From contig JALAGF010004837.1 in the NCBI GenBank assembly GCA_030167865.1, forward strand, positions 1 to 64,000: 64,000 bases of DNA, written 5' to 3'. The notes under the pieces were generated by a model. That model worked only from the letters and a program-made list of their open reading frames with translations, was not told where the DNA came from and searched no databases. This document shows positions 34,901-45,291 of this stretch, one piece after another (position 1 is the stretch's first letter; the number at the start of each line of letters is the position of its first letter). The position numbers and the translations under genes are program-made. This DNA comes from Craspedostauros australis. Taxonomy: Eukaryota.

Positions 34901-36438
34901 CATAAAGCCAGATCTCCATTCGACAATAACACCAAGGCCATGTGTGACACGGTTTGGTGTGTGATACAGCTGACATGTCGAATCGGTGCATCGAAGTCGA
35001 TGTGGCTGAACGACATGGGAGGTGGCACAAGGGCCTTGTGGAATGGCGTGACTTGAAGTTTGCATCCATCCACAACCAACGCGGTGCATCCTTTCTCTGT
35101 TGTCTGCGTGATGCCTGGGTCCCAGCGCACCTCGTACTCCACCCATCTGTTTGATTTCATGAAAGTAAGGAGCTTCCATGGTCGTTCCTCGTCAAACTTG
35201 ACACGTGCGACCGTGTTGATGGGATACCGCAGCTCCTGCTTCATGTACCAGTGGTAGTTGCTCCTGTGCCACAGCTGGACCTTGTCTTCGTTTTCAGAGT
35301 TGTTCCGGAGAGATACCGCAAGCAGATCGGAGTTGACGTTCCACGCCAAACCAAACAGTGTGGTGACGAGGCCCGGATCTCGCAGGGTGAATTCGCGGTG
35401 TCGCAGACCGTTGGATTCGAAGAAGATGACCTGGATCGTGTTCTTTCCCTTGCGCTGCACCGTCGTGAGGAGATGCGAACATCCTGCACCGGCCCATCCG
35501 GTCTGAATGCTGGAGATGTTCTTGATCACCTTACCGGCTCCATCTTCCGAACGGCCGATGGCGTGCAGCTCCAATGTGCTCGGTTTGTAAATTCTAAGCT
35601 TCCGGACCTTGTCTGCTTCATCAACGGCGCTGACGGAGCAGTAGCTGCCATCCGGTCTCCAAGTCACGTATGCTCGCTCGTCCTTGTCGTTGACGTTGAC
35701 GTTGTCGTTGACGTGGGCATCAGTTGATGTTGATGTTGCTGGTGGTGGCAGTGGGCTCGTCATGATGCGATCGATGGATACTTCTGCAAGCACTTCCCAT
35801 TGTGCATTCATGGAAATGAGCACAGTGTTTCGCACTTCAGCACCGGTACCCTGCTGGGTATCAGGACTTCCTTCATTGTCAGTGTTGCCCTCGTTCATGG
35901 CGCCATCATCGTCATCAATGTCATCATCAGTTTCCGTTGTGTGGGATACCAACAGGAGCTGTTCACGGTCCGGACTCCAGGCTGCTGCTTCTATCCCTTC
36001 ATCGAACACACCGACGAGTTCGGCGCTTCCTGTTGCCGTTGACACCGTCACAATGGCGCCTGTTTGTGACAGGCACACCACATCCGGATCCACGTGCGTG
36101 AGGTTGAACCAATCGTTGTTCGCTTTTGCTGGAACATCGTTCGCATCCTTATCACCGTCATTGTCGTCATCGTCATCCTTGTCATCATCGTCATCATCGC
36201 GCACTTCATTGAGGTTGCACGTCCAGACGATCGTATTGTCGGATGGAGAAATGCAAGACAGCATGCCATCCCTCCTCAACACGATCTTGTTGACTTCGCC
36301 ATCCTCCGTTGCATCCGGCACCTCGCACACGTCCACGATGTCACGAACGGCGTCGCTGCTTGGATCCTTGTTGCTTTGATTCGTTGCGACATCATCGATG
36401 CAGAAATGGTGTTCACCCAACAGCACGAGGTTCTTCAT
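31924..36438 (-). CDS. ELP1: Elongator complex subunit 1 (IKI3 family), 1504 aa, single exon
   Basis: MKNLVLL start, GIEAAAWSPD, FFESNGLRHREF, SNYHWYMKQE, RNVERGS, LQLPRGNLE, MRRQKVDLN, SQMDPKKYLP and a basic C-terminal region before GSEEE. Confidence 0.95.
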   Translation of the reverse strand: MKNLVLLGEHHFCIDDVATNQSNKDPSSDAVRDIVDVCEVPDATEDGEVNKIVLRRDGMLSCISPSDNTIVWTCNLNEVRDDDDDDKDDDDDNDGDKDANDVPAKANNDWFNLTHVDPDVVCLSQTGAIVTVSTATGSAELVGVFDEGIEAAAWSPDREQLLLVSHTTETDDDIDDDDGAMNEGNTDNEGSPDTQQGTGAEVRNTVLISMNAQWEVLAEVSIDRIMTSPLPPPATSTSTDAHVNDNVNVNDKDERAYVTWRPDGSYCSVSAVDEADKVRKLRIYKPSTLELHAIGRSEDGAGKVIKNISSIQTGWAGAGCSHLLTTVQRKGKNTIQVIFFESNGLRHREFTLRDPGLVTTLFGLAWNVNSDLLAVSLRNNSENEDKVQLWHRSNYHWYMKQELRYPINTVARVKFDEERPWKLLTFMKSNRWVEYEVRWDPGITQTTEKGCTALVVDGCKLQVTPFHKALVPPPMSFSHIDFDAPIRHVSCITHQTVSHMALVLLSNGDLALCNKKCLRSFGAAADAIETIEWDAESTTTIPVKSLRMVTVVGAENGNIQFVAAMCAAGGSATEVLMEGNVLVEADAVKATITKQFRLESKVLRIANWSDTADGALVELVDGTLVEYERNNGEGSVVPSPSDPLLEVCPWIAGVKNMSDHHASAADADPHFDGFHQSRLIFGRSAKSRLYSGDLLLSDSSSSFVLSMAHEYLCFVVSGSRCQVRFIPLSEVVSFDPLMGSDQNQLLLGYEPRNVERGSVIVGVLPASPTAVLQLPRGNLEGIDPRALVLRSCMKYIETNRFAAAFKVMRRQKVDLNLIVDYDPRKFLAEGMPMFLEQVKKIDHLNLFISSLQDFNVTDFRYPVPPWIRSNEKMQKSGDAGTGQDAFDFTTKINQICDTARSIMMKFESQGATDAGTNVDEGHFLLPILSTFAKQNPPKLEEALALIRTNALNNYKPDSKKPALFAEKAQGSIHYLAFLAEYELLFETALGMYDLELARAVARNSQMDPKKYLPLLKRLKALPESYGRYEIDVRLKRYDLALTHLAASYVKRESFDSGDNEASSLQISALLNSFDDCMRLVEEHALHSTALSLFGKDADNRRRIMISLGEHLLTESKAKTALTVFSSVHPDFRDGAMRAARACRDWRSYFSLVQQQQQQERQEQQEGQEGHLSEEVNKANLGMMAREVAEEITGDIMGGSAVSTKQQSYADAASILLDYAEDVVGAVDMLIDGELWQEAQRTALRFSRNDLARRCIESAEDFAHSTISDLDARCKQYTKANERFGEVVTIRKRAAVDDAPQPEMDETGSLFSAASNRSNMSLRSTTSNTSMGSAISVSSVISVKSNTNFSMTGTEEANRHRSKFNRGKKQKKQRKKKNKRIQRGSEEELQSLTIELRSTWVDAQYAKVISDTVLFLLRSDHHDLAETLFGTFQKACEVMDKVRIERIEAVQTAKKESEIKARKEGGMFEEQYFQVEIPAEKEMDSMVVSKLDASVMDFFVLVQQS

Positions 36439-36511
36439 GATGGCTGTTCTCGTCTAGTCATCCAATTCAACCAATGTTGGACTTTGAACTGAGGACGAGT
36501 ATGATATTATT

Positions 36512-36603
36512 TGTGTGCTGCGATCTATGTGTGCTGCGATCTATGTGTGCTGCGATCTATGTGTGCTGCGATCTATGTGTGCTACGATCTATGTGTGCTA
36601 CGA
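36512..36603. repeat. Minisatellite, 16-bp unit TGTGTGCTGCGATCTA, about 5.75 copies
   Basis: Four perfect units (36512-36575), then a full and a partial unit with G>A at position 9. Lies about 75 bp upstream of the ELP1 ATG. Confidence 0.95.
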
Positions 36604-37180
36604 GTACGAGTCGCAGAGTGAGAGGAAACCTGGTGTGATGGATGAGATGGTGAACCGTCGGTCACAGTAACGGCAGCGTGTCTACCATTTCGTTGCCCTT
36701 GATTGTGGGCGGAAGAAAGTGGTCGAGAGCGCGCAAACGTACGATGAACAGACGCTGCAGTCTCAAATCGCTGTCGCGTTCATCTTCCTTTGCCCTCTTT
36801 CTCTCTGTACCAATGCTCAAAATAAGGCAGAGAGTATAGCGGGATGGAACAATCGACTCCATTGGTGACGAACCGAGAATCAATTACTCACATCGAACCA
36901 TACCATGGCTGACGGTGCTATCCTAAACGGAGATCATTACTCTACTCGTCTTCCTCGGACAGAAGTAGTTGCTGTCGACGTTCCCCGCCTGAGGTTCTAT
37001 GAGCGCCGGTCGCCATCACCAATCATCTGCACATCTCGGGATCGGGAGAGTGCTTGGTTCTGCAATACAATGATGCGATCCTTCCAGCCGGCAAGTCCTC
37101 GTATGGTACATTGTTCAGTGCTTCCAACGCCAAGGTTGCGGCCAGATGAATGCAAATGCTCGCTCAATACCGTGATGGAT

Positions 37181-39074
37181 TTAGTTGAATCTTGAAGCGA
37201 AAGTGCCCTGGTATGGGACGACGCCGATATCTCCGACAGCTCCGACGGATGGGTTGGTCTTAAGGATGGTGGCGATGGCGTCCGTGACATCCTTGGTGGT
37301 GATGGCATCGTAGGAGGCGCCGAGCGCGGTGGCACTGGTGAATGTCTCGTTCTTCAGGACGCTCTGGGTGATGGCGGCGGCCAGCGACTGGCTTCCGGCA
37401 TCGAGGGCGAAGAGGGCCTGGCCCTTGGCGAGTGCCTTGGCGCGCTGCACGATCTTGTCGGTTGGTGCCGTCGTCAAGGTGTCGGTCAAGGCAGCGTCCA
37501 GAGCTCCGACGCCCGCCGACGGAGCACCGGAGTAGACTCCGAACAAGGAACCGGCCTTGAAGGCGGTGACTCCGCTCTCGGCTCCAATGATGTTGAAGCA
37601 TTGCTCGATAACGCTGACGAGTGGTGTGGAGACCTCCGCATTGAAGGCAAGAGCGACGTGGGCGAATCCGCTGGATGGGGCAGCGATGCGTCCCTCTCCT
37701 CCGAGGTAGGCTGGAGCCGGCGTGGCATCGGCAGTTCCGGCGTTGGCCTCCGACATGAGCTCAGTGATTGCCGTGCAGAACTCCTGGTGGTCCTTGACGC
37801 CTGTGGCGGTGAGGACGGCGCCGTTGATTCCGTATCCTCGGTTGCGGAAGGCGACGATCTCATCAGGGGAGGCATCGGCGCAGAAGAAGGGACGTCCCAT
37901 CGGCGACTGTGGTCCGTAGGCACCGGCGAAGAGTTGCTCCGTGAGGACAATCTGAGCGCTCTTGCCAGCCTCGGCCGTTTGCAAACCGGCGAGCTTGATG
38001 GCATCACGGACATCCCACTTCTCGAAGGTGCAGTCCGTGGCGAGCAGAGGAATGAGACCCATGGCATTCTCTGGCTCGACGGTGTATCCGACGGTGGCAC
38101 CGGATCGGTCGGCAACTGCGGTTGGTGTCCCACCCTCGTTCTCGATGGTTCTGTTGATGAGGACGGTGGAGAGACCGGATCCGCTTCGGAAAGCGAGGCA
38201 CTTGTTGATGAGCGCAGCGCCGTGCTCACCAAGCATCTCGGCACCGGATCCCGCCTTCGGGTAGGTCATGTTAACGGTGGAGGATGTGGCGGCATCCTCG
38301 GTGGCAACGATAAGTCCCGATGGCAAGGTGGTGACGGACACAGTGCTGGCCTTGGCCGGCTCTGGTGTGGTATCAGGGAGGCTGCAGAGGCAGATGCAAG
38401 TGGAAACAGCGAACGGTGGTGATGTGCCATATGTGGTATAATAATTGTTAGTATCGCAGCGTGTCCGTCCGTCGTCGCTGGGGAAATACGGATAGCCCCA
38501 ATTGTGGCGCTAGGTTGATCAATTGTGGATATGCTTCATGTTTTCGTGCTTTGTGCGCTCATGTGGTGGAGATGGAAGCGGAGGCCTCGTGACTTTCAGC
38601 CACACCAGCGGCACAGCAAAAGTGATGCAGTTGCTGCTCTGTTATGCATGCGATGCATATGTGTACGTTTGTTTATTTGTGTGTGCGTGGGTACAGGTAT
38701 GCACAGTAGTATTCAAAGCAACATGAACCAACATGCGGATCTTTTGCATTCGTGCAGTTCAATCTCTTTCGCTTCGACTGTCGGCGTTGTTGTTGCTGCT
38801 GTTGCTGCTGCTGTTGTCGTTGCTGCCCATTCCACGCATCGTATCCATCGTATCTATCGTATCCATCGCAACAACACAGCACGCAAGCAAAGTGCACACG
38901 ACAAGGCATGGGAGGCGAAAACGCGAAGGATGTATGGCACCGTACAAGGCGCAAAGCCACTCACCCTGGGTACTCCTCGGCGGCGTTGAGGAGGGTGGAG
39001 AACTCCTTGCGGGAGGAGGATTGCACCTGTCGTGCGGCACGGGACAGCGCTCTGGAGACGGAGAGGGAAGCCAT
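37181..39074 (-). CDS. Non-catalytic M16 family protein (mitochondrial processing peptidase alpha / cytochrome bc1 core 2); exons 39074-38965, 38381-37181
   Basis: Presequence MASLSVSRALSRAARQ, then SVTTLPSGLIVATED, AGSGAE, YLGGEGRI, HVALAF, AVGDIGVVPY. HxxEH zinc motif absent. In-frame GT-AG intron 38964-38382. Confidence 0.88.
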
Positions 39075-39898
39075 GGTGGATGCTTGGTATGTACCGTGAG
39101 GTTACTGGGGTTGGTGTTGGAGTTGGTGTCGAGCGCGACGATGATGCCGCAGAGATGGAGATGTTGCTACCTTGGCGCTGGCGTTTGCGCTGTTGCTACT
39201 ACTGTTCGCGACAATGGAGTACCTGGTCCCAACGTCGACAGAGGCTACCATGATGACGGCAGCAATAACAACAAAGACAAAGACAAACGCCGACCAAAAC
39301 GCGGACAGAAACAGTCCCATTGTGTTCGTCCTCGCAGATCGTGCGGCGCACACCCTTGCGCAACAACCACCATTGCGCAGCGACAAAACGAAAACAACAC
39401 GAGACGAAAGCAACAAATGGGCGATGAGAATCTGTCCCCGACGGGTACGTGGACAGACTCAATATATGCTATTCAAAACTTCTAAATATCTCGACGTCAA
39501 CCGTTGCCGCTCCGTTTTTGAATTTCAGAGGAAAGTGAGGAAAGAACGAAAGAACGAAGGAATCAAGAACAACACAAATGGACGATCCAACCACTGCAAA
39601 GCCATGCAGCAGTCGCCGAAGGAACAGGGTGATGTCCACTATCACTCGTGCTATTCCATTACGACACTAAGAACACAAACAGCACCACCAGCAACCAACA
39701 GCAACCACCAGCAACATCCAACAACAACACACTGGTACACCTCTTAGTTGATTCGCACACAATACAACACTGAGCATCGCAAAACACCCACTCTGCTCCG
39801 AATCGAAGATCATCGACGACCAGAAGCACCGACACAGCAATTGCACAAACACGGCAGCATCAGCATCAGCATCAGCACCAGAAACTACGACGACGACA

Positions 39899-41153
39899 AT
39901 GACATCCAACGCAAACAAGACGGAGATCACGCTGAAGGGAAGCGTCGAGATCGTATCTGAATTCTTCTTCACAGCCATCAATTCCATCTTGTACCAGCGA
40001 GGTGAGTGGATGCAAGTCGACGGGGCCAATCAAGAGAGTAGATGGGCCAAAGCGCTGATGGGTGGCATTGTCTGATTGCTGCCTCGCGGACTCGTTGAGC
40101 CAGTTTGCGCCAGTTCGAGATCAGGCAAAGTCATGGTACACACCTTTCTGCCAGTACGCCGCGTTTTTCTCCATGATGCGAATGATGCTCCGTCATTTGA
40201 TGCATGATGTTCCCTCACACGTTGGTTGATGCTTGCACATCGCGTATTGCACAATGATTCGGCACTCTTTATACTCTGCCCACCATATCATGTCTTACAT
40301 ACCAAATCATGACATGAAGGCATCTACCAACCGGAGACCTTCCGCCGATCCTCGAAGTATGGTCTCACCGTTCTCACCACAACTGATGAAGGACTGCTCA
40401 AGTATCTCGCGCAGGTGATGGGACAGGTCAAAGCATGGTTGCTCACCGGCGACGTCCAGCGATTGGTGGTGGTCGTGTCTGGTGTTGACTCCGGAGATAC
40501 CCTCGAGCGGTGGCAGTTCAACGTCTCGTTGGATGATGCGATGGCGGATAGCGAGAATAGCATGACTGCGGGCAACCGTTCAGCACAGCCCGCGGCGTCG
40601 CAGAAGAAGACGCTGAAGGAAATCCATGGTGAAATCCAAGCCATCATCCGCCAGGTCACCGCCAGCGTCACGTTCCTGCCATTGCTCAACGAACCATGCT
40701 CGTTTGATCTCCTCGTCTACACTGACAAGGATGCTGTCGTGCCGACCAAGTGGGAAGATTCCGATCCATGCTACATTATGAACAGCCAAGAAGTCAAGCT
40801 CCGCAGTTTCACAACATCGGTACGTCTTCGTATGTGGGACAACAATTGGTGCTCAGTTATGTGAAAGGTTCCAAACACGAAGTTCGCAATTTGATTGGCT
40901 ATTGTGCCATAACTTTTGCGAGGGACGCTCCGTATTGTGGCTGTCCCAATGACAGAAATTCCGCGTCGTTGTCTCATCTCCCCATCATTCCCCCTACTGC
41001 CATTTCTGTGCCGCATCTCCCTGTGCCATCTTGTCTTTCTTCATGTTTGTCCCCGCACTATACCATACTCGAATGCCGCTACGATGCCACGAACAGGTGC
41101 ACAAAGTGGAGTCAATGGTGACGTACCGCGAGGCCGATGAGTGGGAGCTGTAG
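39899..41153 (+). CDS. MAD2: Spindle checkpoint HORMA protein MAD2; exons 39899-40001, 40320-40819, 41097-41153
   Basis: ITLKGSVEIVSEFFFTAINSILYQRGIYQPETF, LERWQF, EIQAIIRQVTASVTFLPLL, FDLLVYTD, VKLRSFTTSVHKVESMVTY. Junctions in frame. Confidence 0.96.
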
Positions 41154-42103
41154 GGAACGTCCATCACAGCTCAATCTATTCGTGCATCATCTGCACGGCA
41201 TCATCTGCACGATACCAACACAACACGACAAGCACCGCTTGGAAAGCGCAAGGCGACTTTTGGAGACACATCGACATGCAAGAGCGAGACCATGGGGGGC
41301 ATGCAGATCAAAATGCAATTGCGATCATCCACCCTTCTTGTGTTGCACTGTGGCGTACGGGCGGTTGCCGGTCGCTGGTTGCTGCAGAGGCCTTGCTACT
41401 CATGCGCAAGGACCGATCCAAGGAAGGTATACGAACATGTACCAATAGTAGCTCCTCGGTAGGAAAAGAACAAGCTCTCTCTATCTATCTCTCCTTCTCT
41501 CTACTCAGTGCAACAAGCAATAGCACCATGGCCTGTGCCGTGGCTCACATGTCGTAATAGCATAATAGTGGCGTAGATTGCGGCACGGTCTGTGTCATGG
41601 TTTCCTCCCTCATACCGATACAGCAGAGGAACTTGGGCAATTGGCGAAGGCAGGTGCGTTCAATGTGCTACCATACATACCAGCGCCATACCAGTATCGT
41701 ACATGTAGTAGTTCGTAAATGTAAAGGCATGGGGTCTGTTCCACCCTTACCTTGCTCTGTTTGGAATCTTCAGATTGATGCCGCGCCAGATGCTGCGAAG
41801 AACTAACCCCGAAGGCACACACCTCATACTGATACCGACCTGGAAGACCACGTTGATCGTCAGGTACGAAGTCGCGAGTATTGTAAAGTGTTACTTTACT
41901 ACAGCACTGTGTTCCAACATACGCCGGTCGTACTGGTTGTATGCTGGAGTGAACAGAACCAATAGTGCACTACCAGTCGAAAAAATGCATGAGAGGCTGG
42001 GGGTCTCATCCGAAGGATCGTGGTGCGTCAGGTGCCCATATCTCAACGAGGTTATCCTTCGAAAATACAGAAAAGGATTTCAGCAGGAGACAGAGAGCTT
42101 CCT

Positions 42104-43301
42104 CTACGCAGATTCCTGTTGCACCATCCCTTGATCCGTCGATGATGTCTGCTTCGTCTTCCAGTCCTTCACAGCAGCTTTGATGGCATCCTCGGCGAGC
42201 ATTGAGCAGTGCAGTTTGACGGGTGGGAGCTTCAAGTGCGCCGCAATGTCACCGTTCTTGATGGCAAGGACCTCGTCGACGCTCTTTCCCTTGACCCATT
42301 CGGTGGCGACGGAGCTGGAGGCGATGGCAGAACCGCAACCGAAGGTCTTGAACTTTGACTCGGTGATGTTGCCATCATCGTCCACTCTGATCTGGAGCTT
42401 CATGACATCACCACAGGCGGGAGCTCCAACGAGTCCCTGCGCTTGCGAAAAGATGGTGCATGTGGTACATGCCGCACGTGCATGTCGTGTGTTGCAATGT
42501 TTGAGTTCGACGATGTTCGTGGTCCACACGCATGGTCATGGCCATGTTGATGGTGTGATGGTTATTGCGCCAGGGAATTCATTCGTCCGACGACATACAA
42601 TATTGCATGTACCCCATTCAGAACAGCGAGGAAGGAAGGAAGGAAGGACGGATTGCATCGCATCGCGATGCGCGCATGAGGAATGTAAAATCATATAATA
42701 GCATTGAGGGAATGAGGGAATATGGAAAGAAGGAAGGAACAAATGAGTGAGTGAAACATGGAGTCGATAGATGCGTTTCGTGGCAATGGAACGGAGAGGC
42801 GCAAGGCAGAGAGGGAGAGCAGTACAGCTTTGCCACTCAGTGCGTTTGGATTCTTGTGATCCGAAGATCGTGTCGCCTCCAACGCAAAGCAAGCAGGAAG
42901 GTCGAGAACTGTCCTGTCCTGTCAAGGAAGGAACGTTGGGCGGAACCATCGTTGTATCTCGCTCTCTTGGTCCACATGTGCGGCTGGCCATCGCGCACTC
43001 TGAGCAGAGGCAACGACGCTCCGCTGCTGTCATCACCGCCATTCATCAACCACCAGCACATGCAATACCAACAGTGGTTTCGATGATCGCAAGATGCTGA
43101 TGCGTTGTGCAACTGCCCAGCCGCCATTCAACGTACAGTTCCGACGGAATCATCATCCTTGTCCAACGACCCGACGTTGCGAGGATTCTCGTAGTGCTCG
43201 ACGATGTTCTCATGATAGTTCCTTCTGGTGCTGCCCATCACGCCACGGAGTGCTCTGGAGGTTGTGCGCTGCGCAACGATTCTTGATGTAAGGCTGATCA
43301 T
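42104..43301 (-). CDS. ISCU: Mitochondrial Fe-S cluster scaffold IscU; exons 43301-43137, 42436-42104
   Basis: YHENIVEHYENPRNVGSL, GLVGAPACGDVMKLQI, FKTFGCGSAIASSS, LPPVKLHCSMLAEDAI. Phase-0 intron of 700 nt. Confidence 0.97.
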
Positions 43302-43932
43302 CTTCTTGCTTTTCTTCTTCCTTTCTTCGTGTGATGTGTTGTGGGGTTTGATGTGATGTGATGTGATGTGGGTGAGCGGTCGTTCTCTTCTGCTGTCTGT
43401 GTCACGAACAATGAGGAGTGCTTTTGTTGTTGTTGTGTGTTAGCTTCGGAATGGCTTTCGTCTCTTCCTCCTCTCTTCGTTGCCACGCCGCACATCTCCA
43501 GAGCACATAGAATTTGCGTGTCACCAGCCAGCTCAAACCGGCTTTCGAAGAGTTTTGGGTGTGTTTGCGTTTGGGTTTGCATTCCTGCAGAAACGATACA
43601 ACGCCGACCTCCTGGTGTCGTCAGCAAAAAGGGGGAAGAACGCTGTGGTATTAAATCGAAACAGCGCCACGATATTGACCCCCAAATCCATTCGATGATA
43701 CCAGACTAGGCGTACTTGTATCTTTGCGCAACCAGCAAATCGTTTTCTCTATTTTTTCGTCGTGATTTACACAAAGGACAGCCTTTTCCACGTTGTCGCA
43801 AACCACAACATGGGGACCTCGTTCTTGTCCCAACAACATCAAAATCACAAGAAACACCATCCACACAACACAACGCAGCACATCTGGAGAAGAGCTTGCG
43901 ACGCTCACGCCGGTGGTTTGCCTGAGAGGATC

Positions 43933-44403
43933 ATGATCAGCCCTGCCGCAATCCTGTCCATGGTGGCAGTTGGAGCGCTTTGGGGATGCACGAATCCTTT
44001 CCTTCGCAAAGGGGCCGTGGATTCCGAAGCATTCGACAACAGTGACGCCAACCACAACAGCCACAGCAACCATAACAACCATAACAACCATAACCAGCAG
44101 CAGCTGCGGCTGCAGCATCAGAAGAAGAGGAATGGGCAACGATCGTTGCTGAGGAAGCTCCTGGACATCCGCGTGTGGATGCCACTCCTTCTTAATCAGG
44201 TCGGATCTTTGCTGTTCTACATCCAGCTGGGACAGAACGATCTCACCGTCGCGGGTCCATTTTGCAACGGGATCTCGCTCGTCTTTTCCGTAGTGGCCAG
44301 CACGCTTTTGGGGGAGGGGAACAGCCACCCCGCCCGCGCCATGTTGGGATCGAGCCTGGTGATTATCGGGATCGCAATCTGCGTCACATCCGAAGCGCAG
44401 TGA
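43933..44403 (+). CDS. TMEM234-like small membrane protein (DMT superfamily)
   Basis: VGALWGCTNPFLRKG, PLLLNQVGSLLFY, DLTVAGPFCNGISLVF, LLGE and a C-terminal TM helix. Contains an Asn/His/Gln insert. Confidence 0.85.
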   Translation: MISPAAILSMVAVGALWGCTNPFLRKGAVDSEAFDNSDANHNSHSNHNNHNNHNQQQLRLQHQKKRNGQRSLLRKLLDIRVWMPLLLNQVGSLLFYIQLGQNDLTVAGPFCNGISLVFSVVASTLLGEGNSHPARAMLGSSLVIIGIAICVTSEAQ

Positions 44404-45291
44404 TGCAGTATCCCGGAGCGTTCTGCCCGACTCCGCTCCATTTTTATTTGGGTTGGTATCTCAGGTGCACGATTCTCGATCTTGGCATATGAGCTACGGA
44501 TTTGCTGACACCCAGACAGAACGAAATCGATTCCCACGACATTCAAGCAACACTACTACAAGCCATGCGAATAATCAACCTGATGCTTACATTGCTCGGA
44601 CGCGCCCATTTCACATACAATATCATCATGCAAGTCCAATGATCCAGACAACGCCAACATTGTCAAGGTCACTCAATAATATCTTCACGATATCTGCACG
44701 AACTCACAGCAGCAGCCGGTGCACGGGATAATCGACATGAGGATCTGTTTTCGTGGTGGTGTACCACATGTCTGCACGAGTACTGACGTGAATAAAGCGC
44801 TGACGAAGCACGGATGGAGTGCACGTACTGTCGTCGCCTCCGTTCTCGCCAATCATTGATTGAAGAGACCACCCTGCACAACTCGGCTCGATTTGATTCT
44901 GACGAAAAAACACGCAGCATCATTCGTGACGATGGTCCCGCCAACAGTTGTGTTCGCATGGTAGGTGCGTGTACGACGTTATGATGTGAACGATCCAGTG
45001 CAACACGCATCGGGAATGCAGACATGCCTGTGCGTCACTGTCCATTCGTCTCATGGTGACTTTTGTCTGTGCATGGTGTAGACACTGATGGTACGGATCA
45101 AAACACCTCATGGGCGGGTGTGGTATCAATACCATTCTTGTATCATCCTCGATGAAACACCATCGTTTGATCGCACTCGTAGACCAGCACAGTATTCTAT
45201 TTTCATATTATCATATTTTAATATGTAGAGTAATATAGTCGGCATTATCGTCGTGCCATACGAGAAGAGCATTGGTGGCGGAATCAGTTTT

